From the human T2T-CHM13v2.0 reference genome, Homo sapiens: 64,000 nt of DNA. Location: assembly GCF_009914755.1 (NCBI RefSeq), contig NC_060930.1; one strand, given 5' to 3'. Of the stretch, positions 15,321 through 32,492 are shown piece after piece (position 1 is the stretch's first letter; each line of letters opens with the position of its first letter). The notes beneath the pieces are model-generated. The model was not told where the DNA came from. It saw only the letters and a program-made list of their open reading frames with translations, and did not search any database. The translations under genes and the position numbers were made by a program.

Positions 15321-17040
15321 GAGAGGAGGCCTTTTCATACATGAACCAGGGAGCTCTTACATGACAATCAGTCAAATCTCTGGCATACAGGGTAAGAAAA
15401 AATGAGGTAAGATTCTGTCCCTATTAAGCTTATTTCTATTTCAGTGTGCTTCTAATTACAGGAGAGCCTGAAGGCCTCTCCTAGGAAGTAAAAGTAAACA
15501 GACATATTTGTTTTTCTTAAATCCAGAGTGAAGGTCATGCCTGTTCCAGAGGATGAACAAACTACCTCAAATCTGAGCTTCAAATAAGTAGAGTACCACG
15601 ATGTGAAATCTGTCAGGTGACTTTTATCCTTGCTTAAGAAATACACTTTTTAAAAAGGAGCAACATTTCTGTAAGCTAATATAAGGTGCTAAGATTTTCT
15701 TTTCTCCCCTGTTAACTTTAATGACGTTTTCTCCATTTCTTTCAAAATGTTATTATTTTTATTATGTTTAACCATCTGGCCAACTGCTTTAGCAAGTAAT
15801 TAAAAACCTACAGGAGTTTAAAATTTAATTAGATTGTACAATTTTTGAAGAATGGGAATGTGGAAGGATTTAATGGCTTTTTTTTTCCTGGAAAGAATTC
15901 TTTTCCTGTCTTTGCTTATTATATCCTAAGATTTTTTTTAATTGAGGAAACTGAGTTTGAATTGAAGCTTTCTGAACAATAATACTAAAGAGTAGCTTTG
16001 GCTTGTGCACCAAATGTTTCCTTTAATACACTCAGCACCAGCACTGAGGAACTCAGGCAAAGCGTACAAAATTAGGGCAAATGCGGAGGTTGAAGTAGCT
16101 TAGTGGTTCCTGTGATGAGGTCTACTCTGCCCCAAGAGCACGTTCTCAGAGCAGTCCCTAACTACTCGGATGGACCATCAGGGCCGTGAGCTGTACAGCG
16201 CGCAAGGTGTGGTGTGAGCAGCCAAGGAGGAGCAAAAGTCCCGCAGCCTCTTCCTGCTCACAAAGAAGAAGATACAGGGTAGAGGAGAAGGTGAATGAAC
16301 CCAGGAGAAGAGTGAGGGCAGGATTCAGGCTGGCAGCCATGCAACAGCTCAGAGAATAATCCATCCAGGATGAGGCTGGAGGACGGCAGGCTCTGTAAGG
16401 AAAGTCTCTGGGAAAAATGGGACACAGAACTGGGAGAAAGGATATAAGGACAGAAAAGACAACGATAAGGAAAAAGGAAGGCAACTAGAAATGCCCGTAG
16501 AAACAATAAGCAGTATGAAAAGGCAGGGTTCAAATAGAGGACAACCACTCAGAGACTTGAAGAAAAAATGAAATGGGTTTCACCTAAAAGACAGAATGAG
16601 GAAGAAGCCTGAAGATCCCAGGGATATGGTGAATAAGATGTGTCCCACAACAGCAAGGCAATGAAACAACTTTAGGGGAAAAAAGAGAGTCAAGGCATAA
16701 AGTAAACCATGGCATGATTTTCATGTTGTATATGAAAGAAGAATCCACTTGAACTTGATTTTTAGAACAGTCTCCTTTGAACAGAACAAGAGTCATGACA
16801 TTGGAAACAGAAATAAATGTAAGCACTGCCCACTACTTGGTTCTACGTAAAGCACAATAATCTCAACATTGTTTATTTGTCTTAGACTTTGTGAAACAAT
16901 TCATAGACAAAGGCTAATTGCAGTTATAAAAGAGAACATATAACTTGACCGTTTCAAAGTAAGAGACCCACAACAGTTTGAAGGTAGAAGGGGAAGAATA
17001 AGAAAGTAGGGATGCTAATGTCCTCACCTTTTAAAACATT

Positions 17041-17327
17041 TATTTTTTTTGAGCAGGGTCTCACTCTGTGCCCAGGCTGGAATGCAGTGTCGTGATCTTG
17101 ACTCACTGCAACCTCAACCTCCTCGGGCTCAGGTGTCCTCAGCCTCTTGAGTAACTGGGATTACAGGCACAGGCAGGCCATCATGCCCTGCTATTTTTTG
17201 TATTTTTTGTAGAGACAGAGTTTTGTCATGCTGGCTGGGCTGGTCTTGAACTCTTGGGCTTAAGTGATTTGCCCGCCTTGGCCTCCCAAAGTGCGGGGAC
17301 TATAGGAGTGAGCCACTGGGCCCAGCC
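17041..17327 (-). mobile_element. Alu (J-like)
   Basis: Reverse Alu; long TSD taatgtcctcacctttt/a. Confidence 0.93.
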
Positions 17328-17540
17328 CTTAATGTCCTCACCTTTAAAATTAGTGCAGCAAGAAAAAGAAATGGAGATTTAGGTGTATTGTTTAATGTTA
17401 CAAAGTTAAACAATAAAAGAACAAAAACTAGTGACTTCATCATATTGAGCAGAAAGTGGAGGGGAAGTTAGAAGTGAGCTATCTACGTAGGTCAGTAGAT
17501 AAAGGTTACTAAGTCCCCCTAGAGTTGGTGAGAAGGTAGT

Positions 17541-17832
17541 CACTTGCCTATAATCCCAGTACTTTGGGAGGCCAAGACGGACAGATCACTTGAGCCCAGG
17601 AATTTGAGACCAGCCTGGACAATATAGCAAGACGTGGTCTCTACAAAAAATACAAAAATTAGCCAGCCATGGTGGCACACACCTATAGTCCCAGCTACTC
17701 AGAAGGCTGAGGCGGGAGGACATCTTGAGCCTGGGAGGCGGGAGGACATCTTGAGCCTGGGAGGCGGAAGATGCGGCGAGCTGTGATCATGCCACTGCAC
17801 TCTAGCCTGGATGACAGAGTGAGACCCTTTCT

Positions 17833-17873
<41 letters not shown>
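17541..17873 (+). mobile_element. Alu (J-like) with 26-bp internal duplication and A40 tail
   Basis: Read directly. Confidence 0.93.
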
Positions 17874-17875
<2 letters not shown>

Positions 17876-18780
17876 TTAAGTGTATAAAGCAATAAATAAC
17901 GGCACATCATTTGGCACTGTGGTTAACAACTGTTTCAAAGTGACTGTTCCTTGGGAGCAGGACTAAAATTAGCTTGGAGGGGGGTCAGTTCTTTTTTTTT
18001 CACTGTAAGGTTTTTTAACCATGTGATATCTATGTATATTAACTTGATAATTTAAACAATTTTGACTAACAGACTAAAAATGTACAACTGTATAAAATAC
18101 CTTCAGGTAAGATTTTACAGGTAAGAAAATGCTGTGTGAGGACAGAGGCCCCCTCCTGGGGCGAGGAGCAGGGTACTGGCATGAGAGAGCACAGCCTCTA
18201 CTGGCTGGGGGAGACATGGTCATATTCCTAAGCCTAAAAATGGAAAATGAAACACCCACCTCATAGGGTGGTTGTGAGGATTAAATGAGAACCTGGCTGA
18301 AAGTGGTCAGGATGTGTCAGCTGCTACAGCAGTAGCTGAATATCCCCAAACAAGTTTATGCTCACATTGATCTCCCTAAACTACACTTTACTCATCTATA
18401 AAATGAGGGTATTGCTTTCTCTAGCCATCTTGGTAGGTCTGAGAATTGTTCAGACTCATCTCCCAGAAACCTGCTGCCTAATCACACATCTTTCTACCTC
18501 TCTGTACAATTCATGTAAAGCTTATTGTTTGTAAGTCTATGGTTGCTCACAACAGGAATGAAACACAAATTGAGCTGAACAGATTATTTCATGAAACCAG
18601 CCTCGAAACTAAGAATGCTATAATGGCTTTTTGCGTCTTTCCAGGTAAATAAATATAGAAGAGAACCAAGAGAAACTCATTAGTTTCTCTCAGACATACT
18701 GGTAGTCTTTTCAGACTGCAAGCTAACTAAATATTTGTAAAACTAGGTCATATGACATTAGTAGGCTGTCCACAACAGCA

Positions 18781-19082
<302 letters not shown>

Positions 19083-20129
19083 TAGTACTGTCTTGACACT
19101 AATAACAAACAAAATACTTACAAAGATCTTAATAAGAAACATCTCTCTAAAGATCTCACAGCATTTTTAAAAACAACATAATTATTATTTCATGAAAAAA
19201 GACACGGTTTAAACTAACAAGCTTTTTCAAAGATGAGTTCCAACTGATTGCATTGCCTATATTGTCTTGTGATTTTAAAAAAAAATCCAAATGATAGGTT
19301 ATTTAACCCCAATTAACTAAAATACAGTTCTGTAACATTCAAGGAAACATATGTCTTCCTGTTACCATAGCAATGCCTGAGCTGGGCAGCACTTACTAGT
19401 GATGGAATTGCCAATACAATCCATCTGTGTGAATGCATATGTTTTATACATGAAGGGAGCTAAGAAGGAGAGAAGATGCACAAAGATGACAACAAGGTGC
19501 CCTGACGAGCAACACCTTGGTCCAGGAGCCAAGAGAAGAAAGCTTTCCTACATACACTGGCACTAAAGCGTTCTCACACCTCTCACACATCTTGTCCCTT
19601 CTTCTCTTCCTATCTCGCTATATTCCATGTTTGCAAACATGAAACCCAGTAAATGAAGCAATGGGAAAGTGAAAGAGTTAAATGAACTGAATTATGAACT
19701 ACTGAATAAACAGAGAGAATGACTTTTTCTCAGGCTGTCTCATGACTTCACTTTCTTCCCACAATTTGGAGTGGGAATACAGAATCTATGTGGAAAGGAG
19801 TAGAGACCTTGCTGTGGATTTAGCATCGTGTGGCATGTATAAAAGCAGAGTACAACATGAGAAATGGGAGCAGCAGCAATTCCATTAAAACAGGTCACTT
19901 AGTTTCCCTCCACCTTTTTCTGTCCGTATTTCTGTTTCACTGAACATTTGCTGTGTAAAGTTATGAAGTATATTTGTCGCATTACTGATTGAGATCTTTA
20001 AAGTAGTGCCTTTACCAGAATTTATGCAAACTTCTACACCCAACTACCGGCAGATGAGAAAGACAAGAACACCATAATCACCACCATGGGGATGAACTCA
20101 GCAAAATTCCAGAAGGTGGGAAATTCTAC

Positions 20130-20292
20130 AGCTTTCCTACTCAAAGTGTAGTTCACAGACCAGCCACACTGGTATCACCTGGGCACTGGTTAGACCTGTG
20201 GACTCCCAGACCCCCACCCCAGCCTGCTACATCAGGATCTTTAATAAGATCTCCAGGTGATTCATATGCACATTTAAGAATCTGTTGTTCTA
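20130..20292. mobile_element. MER5-type hAT-Charlie MITE
   Basis: ctcaaagtgtagttc...aagatctccaggtgattcatatgcacatt. Confidence 0.7.
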
Positions 20293-20981
20293 CAGGACAA
20301 ACCAAAAAACCAAAACAAAAACATATGCAGAAACACACACACAGAGACAGAGAGACAGAGAGAGATGGAAAGGGAGCCCTGAGGTGTAGTGGCTGAATGC
20401 GATGTGCACATGCTGTTCAGATCGTGATTCGAAAAATAATTATAAATATTCGTATGCATGTTAATGTTTAAATCGACCTAGATTTGGGTTAATGAATAGG
20501 TGGAACAATGTAAAAAGGTTTAAGGAAATACATAAAGTATATTTAATTTGGTATGGAGTGACACTGCTTGTAATTCTGTAAGTAATCTAACTAAAAGCTA
20601 AATGACACTGGAGATTATCATTGGATAATTTCACACATTCCTAAGTAGAACCCTAGTAATCCAGTGATAAGAATAAGGCAAAAATTTTAATTGAAATGGA
20701 TTACATTAACCAATCTATGAAAACCTATCTGCAGCACTACTTGATCACAAGGAAGGAATCAGGAGATGACAGGTTTCCCCAGAAAAGTAGGTGGGAGTTG
20801 AGAAAAAGTGGCTTGGGGCAAGTCACTACCTTCTCACCAACTCTAGGTGGACTCATCTGCAAAGAGGCAAATAATAACAGCTCCTGTGCCTAGCTCACAT
20901 AGCTGTCGGTTCAAATGCAAGAACAGATGTGAAGGTGACCTGTATATGGAAAAACACTAGTCAACTGTTACTTGCATTTAA

Positions 20982-21348
<367 letters not shown>

Positions 21349-21456
21349 TAGGATCCCTAGGTTTGTATCACAGAACCAGCCCCCATGGAAGAGGGGCAAG
21401 TGAATAAGCATCTCATATTCCCAATTTCCTCATCTATAAAATGACCTAACACCCGC

Positions 21457-21770
21457 TGTAGTAGACTGTGTTACAGTCCAGCTTTCCACCTGCTGTTTCT
21501 CACTAGGCCCTTCCTGAGCAGTCCCTGCAGAAGGGTTAAATGATCTATCCATTGATGTTGGTTCTGGCAAGTGACTTCTGTGGCCCAGGGAACATGCATG
21601 GAAGTGGTACTTGCTCCTTTAGAGCAGGAGCTTTAACAGCCAGCCATCTTGTGAATCTGCCACGACTGTCTTCCTTCTGCAGTTACAATGGCAGTGACCC
21701 AGAAGGCAGCTAGTCCTTTGGCTGAGCCCCAAGAGTAGGGAAGTGCAGCACCCGACCTTCATGTGAGCTT
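21457..21770. mobile_element. MLT1-type MaLR LTR fragment
   Basis: tgtagtagactg start; gtgacttctgtggcc...gcaggagctttaa motif. Confidence 0.55.
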
Positions 21771-21800
21771 TAGTTAATAACTTCAAAAAGTTACTATGCA

Positions 21801-22091
21801 GGCCAGGTGCAGTGGCTCACGCCTGAAATCCCAGCACCCGAGGCGGGTGGGATCCTCCTGCCTCAGCCTATTGAGTAGCTAGAACTACAGGCCTGCACCA
21901 CGACGCCTGGCATTTTTTTTTTTTTTTTAATAGAGACAAGGTTCTCTTGAGCCCAGGAGTTTAAGGCTGCAGTGATCTGTAATTGTACCAATGTACTCCA
22001 GTCTGGGTGACAAAGTGAGACCAACTCCCATCCCCCCCGCCACACACACACACAAAAAAAACAAAAACAAAACAAAAACAAACAAAAAAAA
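21801..22091 (+). mobile_element. Alu with internal inversion
   Basis: Forward head, inverted middle (21851-21946), forward tail. Confidence 0.9.
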
Positions 22092-22149
22092 ACAGGAGAT
22101 GAAATTCTTGTATGAAAGGTGATCTCCCAAAATATTAAAAGGAAAACAA

Positions 22150-22496
22150 CATGCTTATCATCAAGGACAAGATGTCGAGGCAGAGAGAATTCTGTACAAG
22201 CCTTTATTAAAATAACTCGTCTTTAAGTCTTCCAACACAATTTAGTTGCCTTTTCATAACTTACTATTCTTTGTCCAATTCACTATAAACTGTTTAATTG
22301 CTTCTTTAGGTCTTCATTTCCTTACAAAAGCTTCTGTGCCATATAAAACCTGTATGAGCTTTTAACACAAACTCATACAACTTGTATTAAATTTGTATCC
22401 TTTTCTCTTGTTAATCTATCTTATGTCAATTTAATTCTCAGGTCCAGCCAAAAAACAACCCTAAAAGGGAAGAGGTAAAGTTTTTTCTTTCCTACA
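22150..22496 (+). mobile_element. ERV1 LTR 3' part (MER34-like)
   Basis: aaatttgtatccttttctcttgttaatct...ttcctaca end. Confidence 0.5.
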
Positions 22497-23074
22497 CACC
22501 AATTATATGGCCTTGTAAATTCCAGCCTCTCCTGACTATGCAATACTTAAAATCCCTAATATAATTTATCTAAAGGCATACAAAGTTACAAGATCATTTA
22601 CATAAAGAATTGTTGAATGTGTTTGCATTTTTTAAAAGTTAATTTGGTTTAAAATACAATTGGAAATATGAATAGTTTTTAATTCATGCAATGGAAGAAT
22701 GTCTGCCTTTTTGCTATTTCATATGAATTTGTTCAAAGTTTTTATACCATCATTCTTAGAATAATTCTTAAAGTATTTAATTCTTAATTTAGTTTTTCTC
22801 ATTTTACTTACTAATTTTCAACATCTGGGTTATTTGTGTTACTTAAAATGTTTTGAAACAATCTAAACTATGGAAGAATACCGGAAAATGTGCCTCTTGG
22901 CAGGCGTGTGAATGAGGTAGCTCACAAGGGTGTTGAGTGATCTCCTTCATCTTTGGGAATAATCCATTTCTCAGTCACTTTTTAACTCACGGCACTCATA
23001 CTGAGATAACCAGCCAGCAGCAGAACACCCAGCATTTATTTGTCTACCATTTAGTAAAACATTTCTGGGTCTAG

Positions 23075-23517
<443 letters not shown>

Positions 23518-23767
23518 GTGAGCCACTATTTAAGCAAAGTATATGGCAAAACCAGTGAACAATTTCAATTTCTGAAACAGAAATAATAGTTCTAAAGTTG
23601 GCTTTTAGCTCATATGCAATATGGGGGAAATGCTAAACAAAATTTGATTGTTTTTATTGTTACCTTTAGGTTGCCTTTCAAATAGTTACCTGCAAAGTTA
23701 TTTTTCTAATCAAAGTTGTCATTTGTCTATGTCCAGAGATACCCATCAGAACTCTGGAGTAGTATCA

Positions 23768-23926
<159 letters not shown>

Positions 23927-24787
23927 CTACAAAGCAAAGTTTTAAGCTTTCTGAGAATTATGGGAGTTGAATCATACATTCCATTTAAGCAGCATGTACT
24001 TTTCCTAGAAATACGTTAGTGCATTTAAAAAAAAGAATACCTGATACATATTAGGTGGCCAATAAACATAAGCTATGATTTTTATTATTAGCTATTACTA
24101 TAAATATATTATAAAAAATCAAATATACTTAGTAGCCTATTTATAATAAGCTAAATAATTAACTGAAATAAGCACCAGCTTAATTTGATAAACAGTCCAG
24201 ATAAGATGATTTTGAAAGGGCACATATACTCAATTGTCACTGGGTAACAGTACTTATCACAGAAACGACGTTTTTAAAAATTCTCTCTTGTAATCATTTT
24301 AATTTCTTTCTAAAAAGATACGGGAAAATTAAGATCAAATTGCAAATTGCTGAAGATCTATGCAGCTCTACACCTCTCCTTTCACTTTCTCGCCTGACCT
24401 GAAGATATGCAAGACTGGAAGACAGCAGGGTTCAAAGGCCAACTTCCTGATCGCTGGGGTCTGTCAGCCTTTCTCTGTCTGCAAACCTCCAGCTGCCCTG
24501 TCCTCCCTAACTTACTCCATCCTCCACCCCCTCTTACTCCTTTACCATCTTCCTTAAAATGCTCTTGATGAAGAGGGTGCCTTATCACCATAAATGCTAG
24601 TCCCTGACAATTGTAGACTCCTTACTAAGTAACAGCAAATCTAATCATTACAAAATACTTTCTCCTCTCAAGATTACAAGTATCCCCAGTACATTTAACA
24701 TATGGCTAGTTACTAAAAATTCAGGAAAACATATTTCATAAAGTGAAATATACCTCATATACATATTTATTTAACAAAATAAACTCA

Positions 24788-25033
<246 letters not shown>

Positions 25034-25957
25034 TTAGAAAACTAGGAATGATTTAGTGGACATTATCATAGCAATGATTTGTCAAATTATAAAAAAAAGG
25101 AGACTCAATGCACACAAGCTTCTACACGTATAAAATTATGTTTTTTAAAAAAGCAATCTGCAGACTAAATAAAAGCAAATTCTCTGTGTTTCCTTGTTGT
25201 TTTGTTTTGTGAGGTCTGGTGACAGAAGAATGGCCACTGTATTGATACCGCTGCTGGAGCATGTATTCAACTGAGGATGCCACTGGACATATGACTTACA
25301 TGAAATATTTCTTTACACCCTGTACATTACAATGAAGTTCAAAAATACAGCTTCAAGCAGATGAACTAAGATTCATGAGGCAAGTTGTGAAAGACCTTCT
25401 GCCCATCCAACTCTGCAAATATACACTAAAGACTGAGAAAACTTCAAGGGCCCTCGGCTGTTGCTGATGAATACAGCTGGTGAGGGTCCTTCTGTCATAG
25501 GTGTTTCTCGAGTGTCACATTTCAAGGTTAGATCCAGGGTAGCCCATTAGAGATATTCACAGACATCCCCAAATTAGCTCAGAGCTGGAAATCATACCCC
25601 CTTTCCTTCAGTATGGTATGTAGGAAAGCAGAAAGGTACTATAACTGCACGACACAGAGCTCAAGTATCCCTCAAATAAATCCCTTTGCCAGAGTGAGGG
25701 GCCATGCCCTCACCATTCAGTGCCAGGAAGCCCTTCTTCCCATGTTAACACTTCCATCAGTTAACACAACTGCAAGCTTCATTATGGCTTAAATCCTATC
25801 ATTAAATCCAAGCTCATCAGCTGACACATCTGCCTGTTCCAAGCACTGTGAAGGCAGGGATTGTGTATCTTCACGTCTGTCTGAATGCCTGACTTCCAAC
25901 ATGGAGTGGTGCTTAATGCATGACTGTTGTATGAAGGACTTAAGCAAATGAACACAC

Positions 25958-26187
25958 AACATGGCAAAACCCTGGCTCTATAAAACATACACAAATTAGA
26001 TGGACATGGTGGCATGTGCCTGTAGTCCCAGCTACTTGGGAGGCTGAGGTGGGAGGATCACCTGAGCCCAGGAAGGTCGAGGTTGCAGCGAGCCATGATC
26101 ACACCACTACACTCGATCATACAGTGGCAGCAGGAGACCCCTGGGTGACAAGCGCGAGACCTCATCTCAAAAACAAAAACAAAACAA
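25958..26187 (+). mobile_element. 5'-truncated Alu with short foreign insert
   Basis: TSD caaatgaacaca. Confidence 0.88.
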
Positions 26188-26559
26188 ATGAACACAAATA
26201 CCGCAGTAGGCAAAAACCAATGTCCATTAAACTGACATCCAGTCCTATCTGAGCCTCAGAGCAAATGTTTCTAAAGAAGCTCTGTCCCCTTTGTCACAAA
26301 AGTAAACACATTTCAGAGGACAAGGGGATATGTACATCTACCAAGACAGAAAATGAAAAACCCAGCTTGTCTCCTTACTTCAACAAGCTGAAATCTGATT
26401 GCTGGCAAATTAAGAATGTCTGGCTACTTTAAAAAGTGGTGTCAACATTCCTAGGAAAAAAAGCTTGTGTTTATTTATTATATCAAAAGTAGGAATTTCC
26501 AAAACCAAACGTATTTGTTTTTAAGAAATGCATCAGCATCTAAGACTTGATGAAACACT

Positions 26560-26790
26560 AAATTTCATTCATTCTTTCGATACATTACTATGCATGTACT
26601 TTATGCTAGATACTCTTCAAGGTATGAAGTTACAATGATAAATAAGAAAGACAAGATGCTTGCCCCATGAAGCTTACATTCTAGTGGAGAAGGATGATAA
26701 TTAATAAAGAAATATGACAATTTCAGGTGGCAGTAAGTGTTTTGACAACTATAGAACAGGGGAAAGTGGTCGAGAATGACTGGGGGTGAC
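26560..26790 (-). mobile_element. L2 3' end
   Basis: ttcattcattc...gccccatgaagcttacattctagtgg. Confidence 0.7.
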
Positions 26791-26979
26791 AATAGCACAT
26801 AATGCCACTCACTTTGTATATGTACTTTTAAACTTTAAGGTGCTTTCATATCTATCATGTAAGTGGATCCTCAAAAATCCGTTTAAAATAAGACAAGTAA
26901 TATTCTTCCCCATTTTTCAGATGCCAAATGAGAAGGACCAAAAAACTCACAAACACATATTAATTAGTGGTAGAGTGGC

Positions 26980-27366
<387 letters not shown>

Positions 27367-29033
27367 CTACCCAATACACCCAATACTCATCAATACCATT
27401 TCATAGAAAGTATTTCTGCCTAGTGACTACAAGGTTGGCTGTGCAGTCCATCAAGAGCCCCTCATACAGAGAAAGGCTGAACACATGCCATGAAGCCTAC
27501 ATTCTAGTGGAGGAGGCTGCTAATAAAGAAGTAGGATCAAAAACATGGCAAGATTTACAGGAAGAGGAGTATAAGCAAACTGACCCTGGGGAATTCCCAC
27601 AGACGGTATGAGGTGGGTGCATAAATGGAAGGCAACTGAAAAATATTCCTGGAGTAATAACAGAAAAGTGAGCATGGTGTCCTCATGAGGGCCCAGCCAT
27701 GCACCTAAGTGCTAAAGACAGTTAGGACTGATGTTCCTTCGTTGTGCAAAGATGTCACCCAGGACTCTGGAAAAGAGTGGGTGAAGGAGTTAAAAGAGGA
27801 GATGGAAATCATCTATGAGATGAAGAAATTATATTTAGATGATACATAAGGCTGTTAACTTTTCTTCAGCCATCTGAATTACCTCAAGTTTCCACTGAGG
27901 CAATGAAACTTTTACAATGACACTGTAATTTCCTTAGCAAATTCACTTTTTATTGATGGTTAAAAAATTACTTTCGACCTGTTTAAGTTATTATTGAATA
28001 TAAAATAATAGTATTCAAATAATAAGCCGTACTTAGTTCATATGAGTAACTTACAGGCCCATAAAAACATGGATTTGGTTGGAAGCCAGTAGTTAGAGTG
28101 CTGACTGAGGTCATTTTACTTGATTCCTAATGTTTCATTTCTACCAAATAGACAGTTTATTTAATGATTTCCTGTCACAACAGTCAAGCAAAGTGTATTT
28201 TTTATGAGAATATCTTATAAAGCAATATAAGAATTTTAAAAGTTTCCATAAAATAAATTTACTTCTTATTAGGCATTTCAGTAGTGCTATGCTTGAGTCC
28301 TTGTGAAGAATTTTACTGAAGAAATAAAAGCAAATACGGCAACAGAATACATAAAAGGACATCTTTCAGGTCGAGAATTAGACTAAGCATTTGCAAACAG
28401 GTTTGCCGTGATTACCACAAGGTACTGGATCAGTTCCTCCCTTTAGATTCCAAACCAATTCTACAGCCTGTCATAAAGAGAAGACACTGGGCTCCACCGT
28501 AGGAAACAAAGGTCTCTGAGGGATCTGCCACATGTGCTAGAATCAGAAACCGCAGTGTGGCAATAGGACTGGCTAACTGTCCTAAGGAAATAATTTAATA
28601 CTTTTTGCATGCATCATACTGCATTTCATATACCAAACACTAAAATATCCTAGAAGTGGTCTATTCCACTGATGCTTATTGAGTTCTCCTAAGCACTAAA
28701 ATAACACAGATTCAAAAGTGGCAGAGGAAATTGTTTCACAGCTCCACCAAAATATTTACTTAATATTAAGATAATGTTTTCTTTCAATACCATTAAAACT
28801 TAGTGTTCATTTCTTTTACAAGAGCATGGACATATGCCTGCAAGACATCCCTCTCCCCTTGAAGTCAATAAAACTTTGATTTTTGGGCTTTGCAACACCA
28901 GGACATGCTATTGGCTATGGGAAGGCAGCAGCATGAGATAGAATACAAAAGAAAAGCTTGCAAACAGTAAAGCTCACTTAATATAAAACATCTACATAAA
29001 GAACAAGAAACCAAACAAAACACTACTTTTATC

Positions 29034-29332
29034 TTTTTTTTTTTTTTTGAGATGGAGTCTCATTCTGTTGCCCAGGCTGGAGTGCAGGGGTGTGATCTCG
29101 GCTCACTGCAACCTCCGCCTCCCGAGTTCAAGTGATTCTCTCCAGCCTCAGCCTCCTGAGTAGCTGGGATTATAGGCACCTGCCACCATGCTCAGCTAAT
29201 TTTTGTATTTTTAGTGGACACCAGGTTTCACCATGTTGGCCAGGCTGGTTTCAAACTCCTGACCTCAGGTGATCCACCCGCCTCAGCCTCCCAAAGTGCC
29301 GGGATTACAGGTGTGGGCGGCCGCGCCTGGCC
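29034..29332 (-). mobile_element. AluSx-like
   Basis: Reverse Alu; TSD ctacttt(t/c)atctttt. Confidence 0.95.
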
Positions 29333-31096
29333 TACTTTCATCTTTTGTAATAATACTACTCAAGATTCTATCAATAGTTATAAACAGCAACTCTGGGCTA
29401 TAAGTACCAAAATCACTATAAGTACCTAGGGATAACAAACTGTAAGTTCAGAATCTGTTTTCTCAGCTCTATCACTATGCTTATTATCATGATAATTACT
29501 ACATATTTACCTGAGCAACACCTGCTGTGCAATCTCAAGGGACAGTCATTGAGTCCACTTGCCTTCTCTTTCCTCCTTTTCATCCTACTGTACAATTCAT
29601 GAGCACCCTGACCACAGAACGAATTTAAAGAAAGAGAAACTCAAAGGAAGTAGATCCTCATCGAACATGTTTAACTGGTCAGAGTTAGGGAAAGATGAGC
29701 TTAGCAGGTAAAAAGTGTGAGGGTGGAGAAGCCTGATGGCTGATGATCAAGCGTCCTCTGCCACTGACACAGGTAGTGAGAAGTTGGCTCTGGGAGAATG
29801 TGACATTTTTCATTTGGGAACTTGCATAGGTAAGTGGCAATATACATACTCCTACACAGATGTGTAACAGCTATTTATTACTCTTGAGGATCTGCCAACA
29901 GGAACATTTTGTAAACAATCAAAGTACAGTCTCTCCCAAGGGCTTACTCTGATGGCTCCAGCTATACAGGACACAGGCTTCATGATGCTAGTTTTAATCT
30001 ACTGGCCAATCAGGAAATGCCACACGAGACTCTATGCAGAGAAAAGCTGACTGGCATTAGGAAAAGCTGAACACATTTTCTTCATCCAGCTATGGCACTA
30101 TAAAATTTTGGTCATGTTTTTGGAATCTTTGTAATTACCGGGAATAATTCTCAACTACCAAAATCCAATCCCTAGTCCCCAAGAAGAAAGAGAACTGTAG
30201 CTAGTGGTAGGAATTCCTTTTTTGTTGACTTAATTATAAATACAATCTGAAGTCCAGAAAAGATAGTATATTAGTATTTCTGGCCTCTTGGGAACCACTT
30301 GATTCTGGAAACAAAGCAGGTTCAATTCCCACCCCATCCTCAAATCCCAGTCTCTTCAGGATTATATGAGATAGTTATCACACAAAACCACCTGCTACTA
30401 TACACAGAGAAATACAGGCAAAAGATAAATGTTGGGCTTTGGAAGAAGAAACTGTAAAAAGGTCACAGCAAAGAAGGAGAGAAAGAAGATGCGGCCCTGC
30501 ACGTTTGTAGATCGTGGTGATTAAAGATAAACTAAGAACATAAATCTCACATCAAAGCTGACCCTCACAACAAGGTGAGAGTGTAAAGACAGGAGCCAGG
30601 ACACAGCATTAGCTGTCTCCTTCTGCATTGTAAGTCCAGCCAGCTTGGGAAGAATGTTGCATAACAGTGAATCTATATGCAACCTTTTAGTAAATGCACA
30701 TAACTAACAAGCTGCATGATTACTCAGGCCAGTTATTCAGGAAGGGCGGGAGCAGGGCAGGATTGAAACCACCGTAAATGATAAAAACTAAACTGTATGT
30801 CTAAAAGTGTTCTTTTATCTCCAATTTTGTGGCATCCCAAATTGTATAACATCTCAAAATGAGACTCTAAAATAAGATTCTGTCATCAAGAAACACTAAC
30901 ATTCCTTCCTCCCTCAGGTAGTAATAGCCTCTTCGTTTCCATTTCTTACCTAAATAGATTTACCTTCTTGCCCACAAGCAATCCCATTCTCAGGATATTA
31001 CCTTACTGCTGTTAATCCAGAGGCTGAGACTAAAGGAAACTCTCACCCATTTATTTTCTTGGTTAATTTCCTTCCAATAACAAGGTGAATGAATAA

Positions 31097-31456
<360 letters not shown>

Positions 31457-31865
31457 GGAGCAATTTGTTTTAACACAAAAGGAATCACACTAAGTAGTCC
31501 ATGTTCAAATTATTGCCATTACGAAGAACTTCGTTCTTTCCCCTTAAACATATTCATTAAGTAAAAAGAGTTTAGTGATTACATTTCATTCATAAGAATT
31601 AACAAAATAAATTCCCTAAGGCAAAGCCAGTTTTCTGGTTTTCTTCAATAAATGTCAATTACTTGGTTTAAGAACACTGATTATCTACAGCTCACATTTT
31701 CCTTTTCGCTAATAAAGCATAAGATGTTTTCTATAGAAAAAATTATAAAAATTCAAATAAGCAAAAAAAAATTCAAAAAGCAAACACAGTCTAGAAATAA
31801 CATTATGACAAAATTAGAATATATCTTTCTATAACATTTTCTGTACATATATACAGTATTTTTTA

Positions 31866-32492
<627 letters not shown>

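Noticed and set aside
16050-16560. Mild CpG enrichment and purine-rich ORFs suggesting a processed pseudogene
   Set aside because: No recognisable protein similarity, poly(A) tail or TSD; probably decayed old repeat
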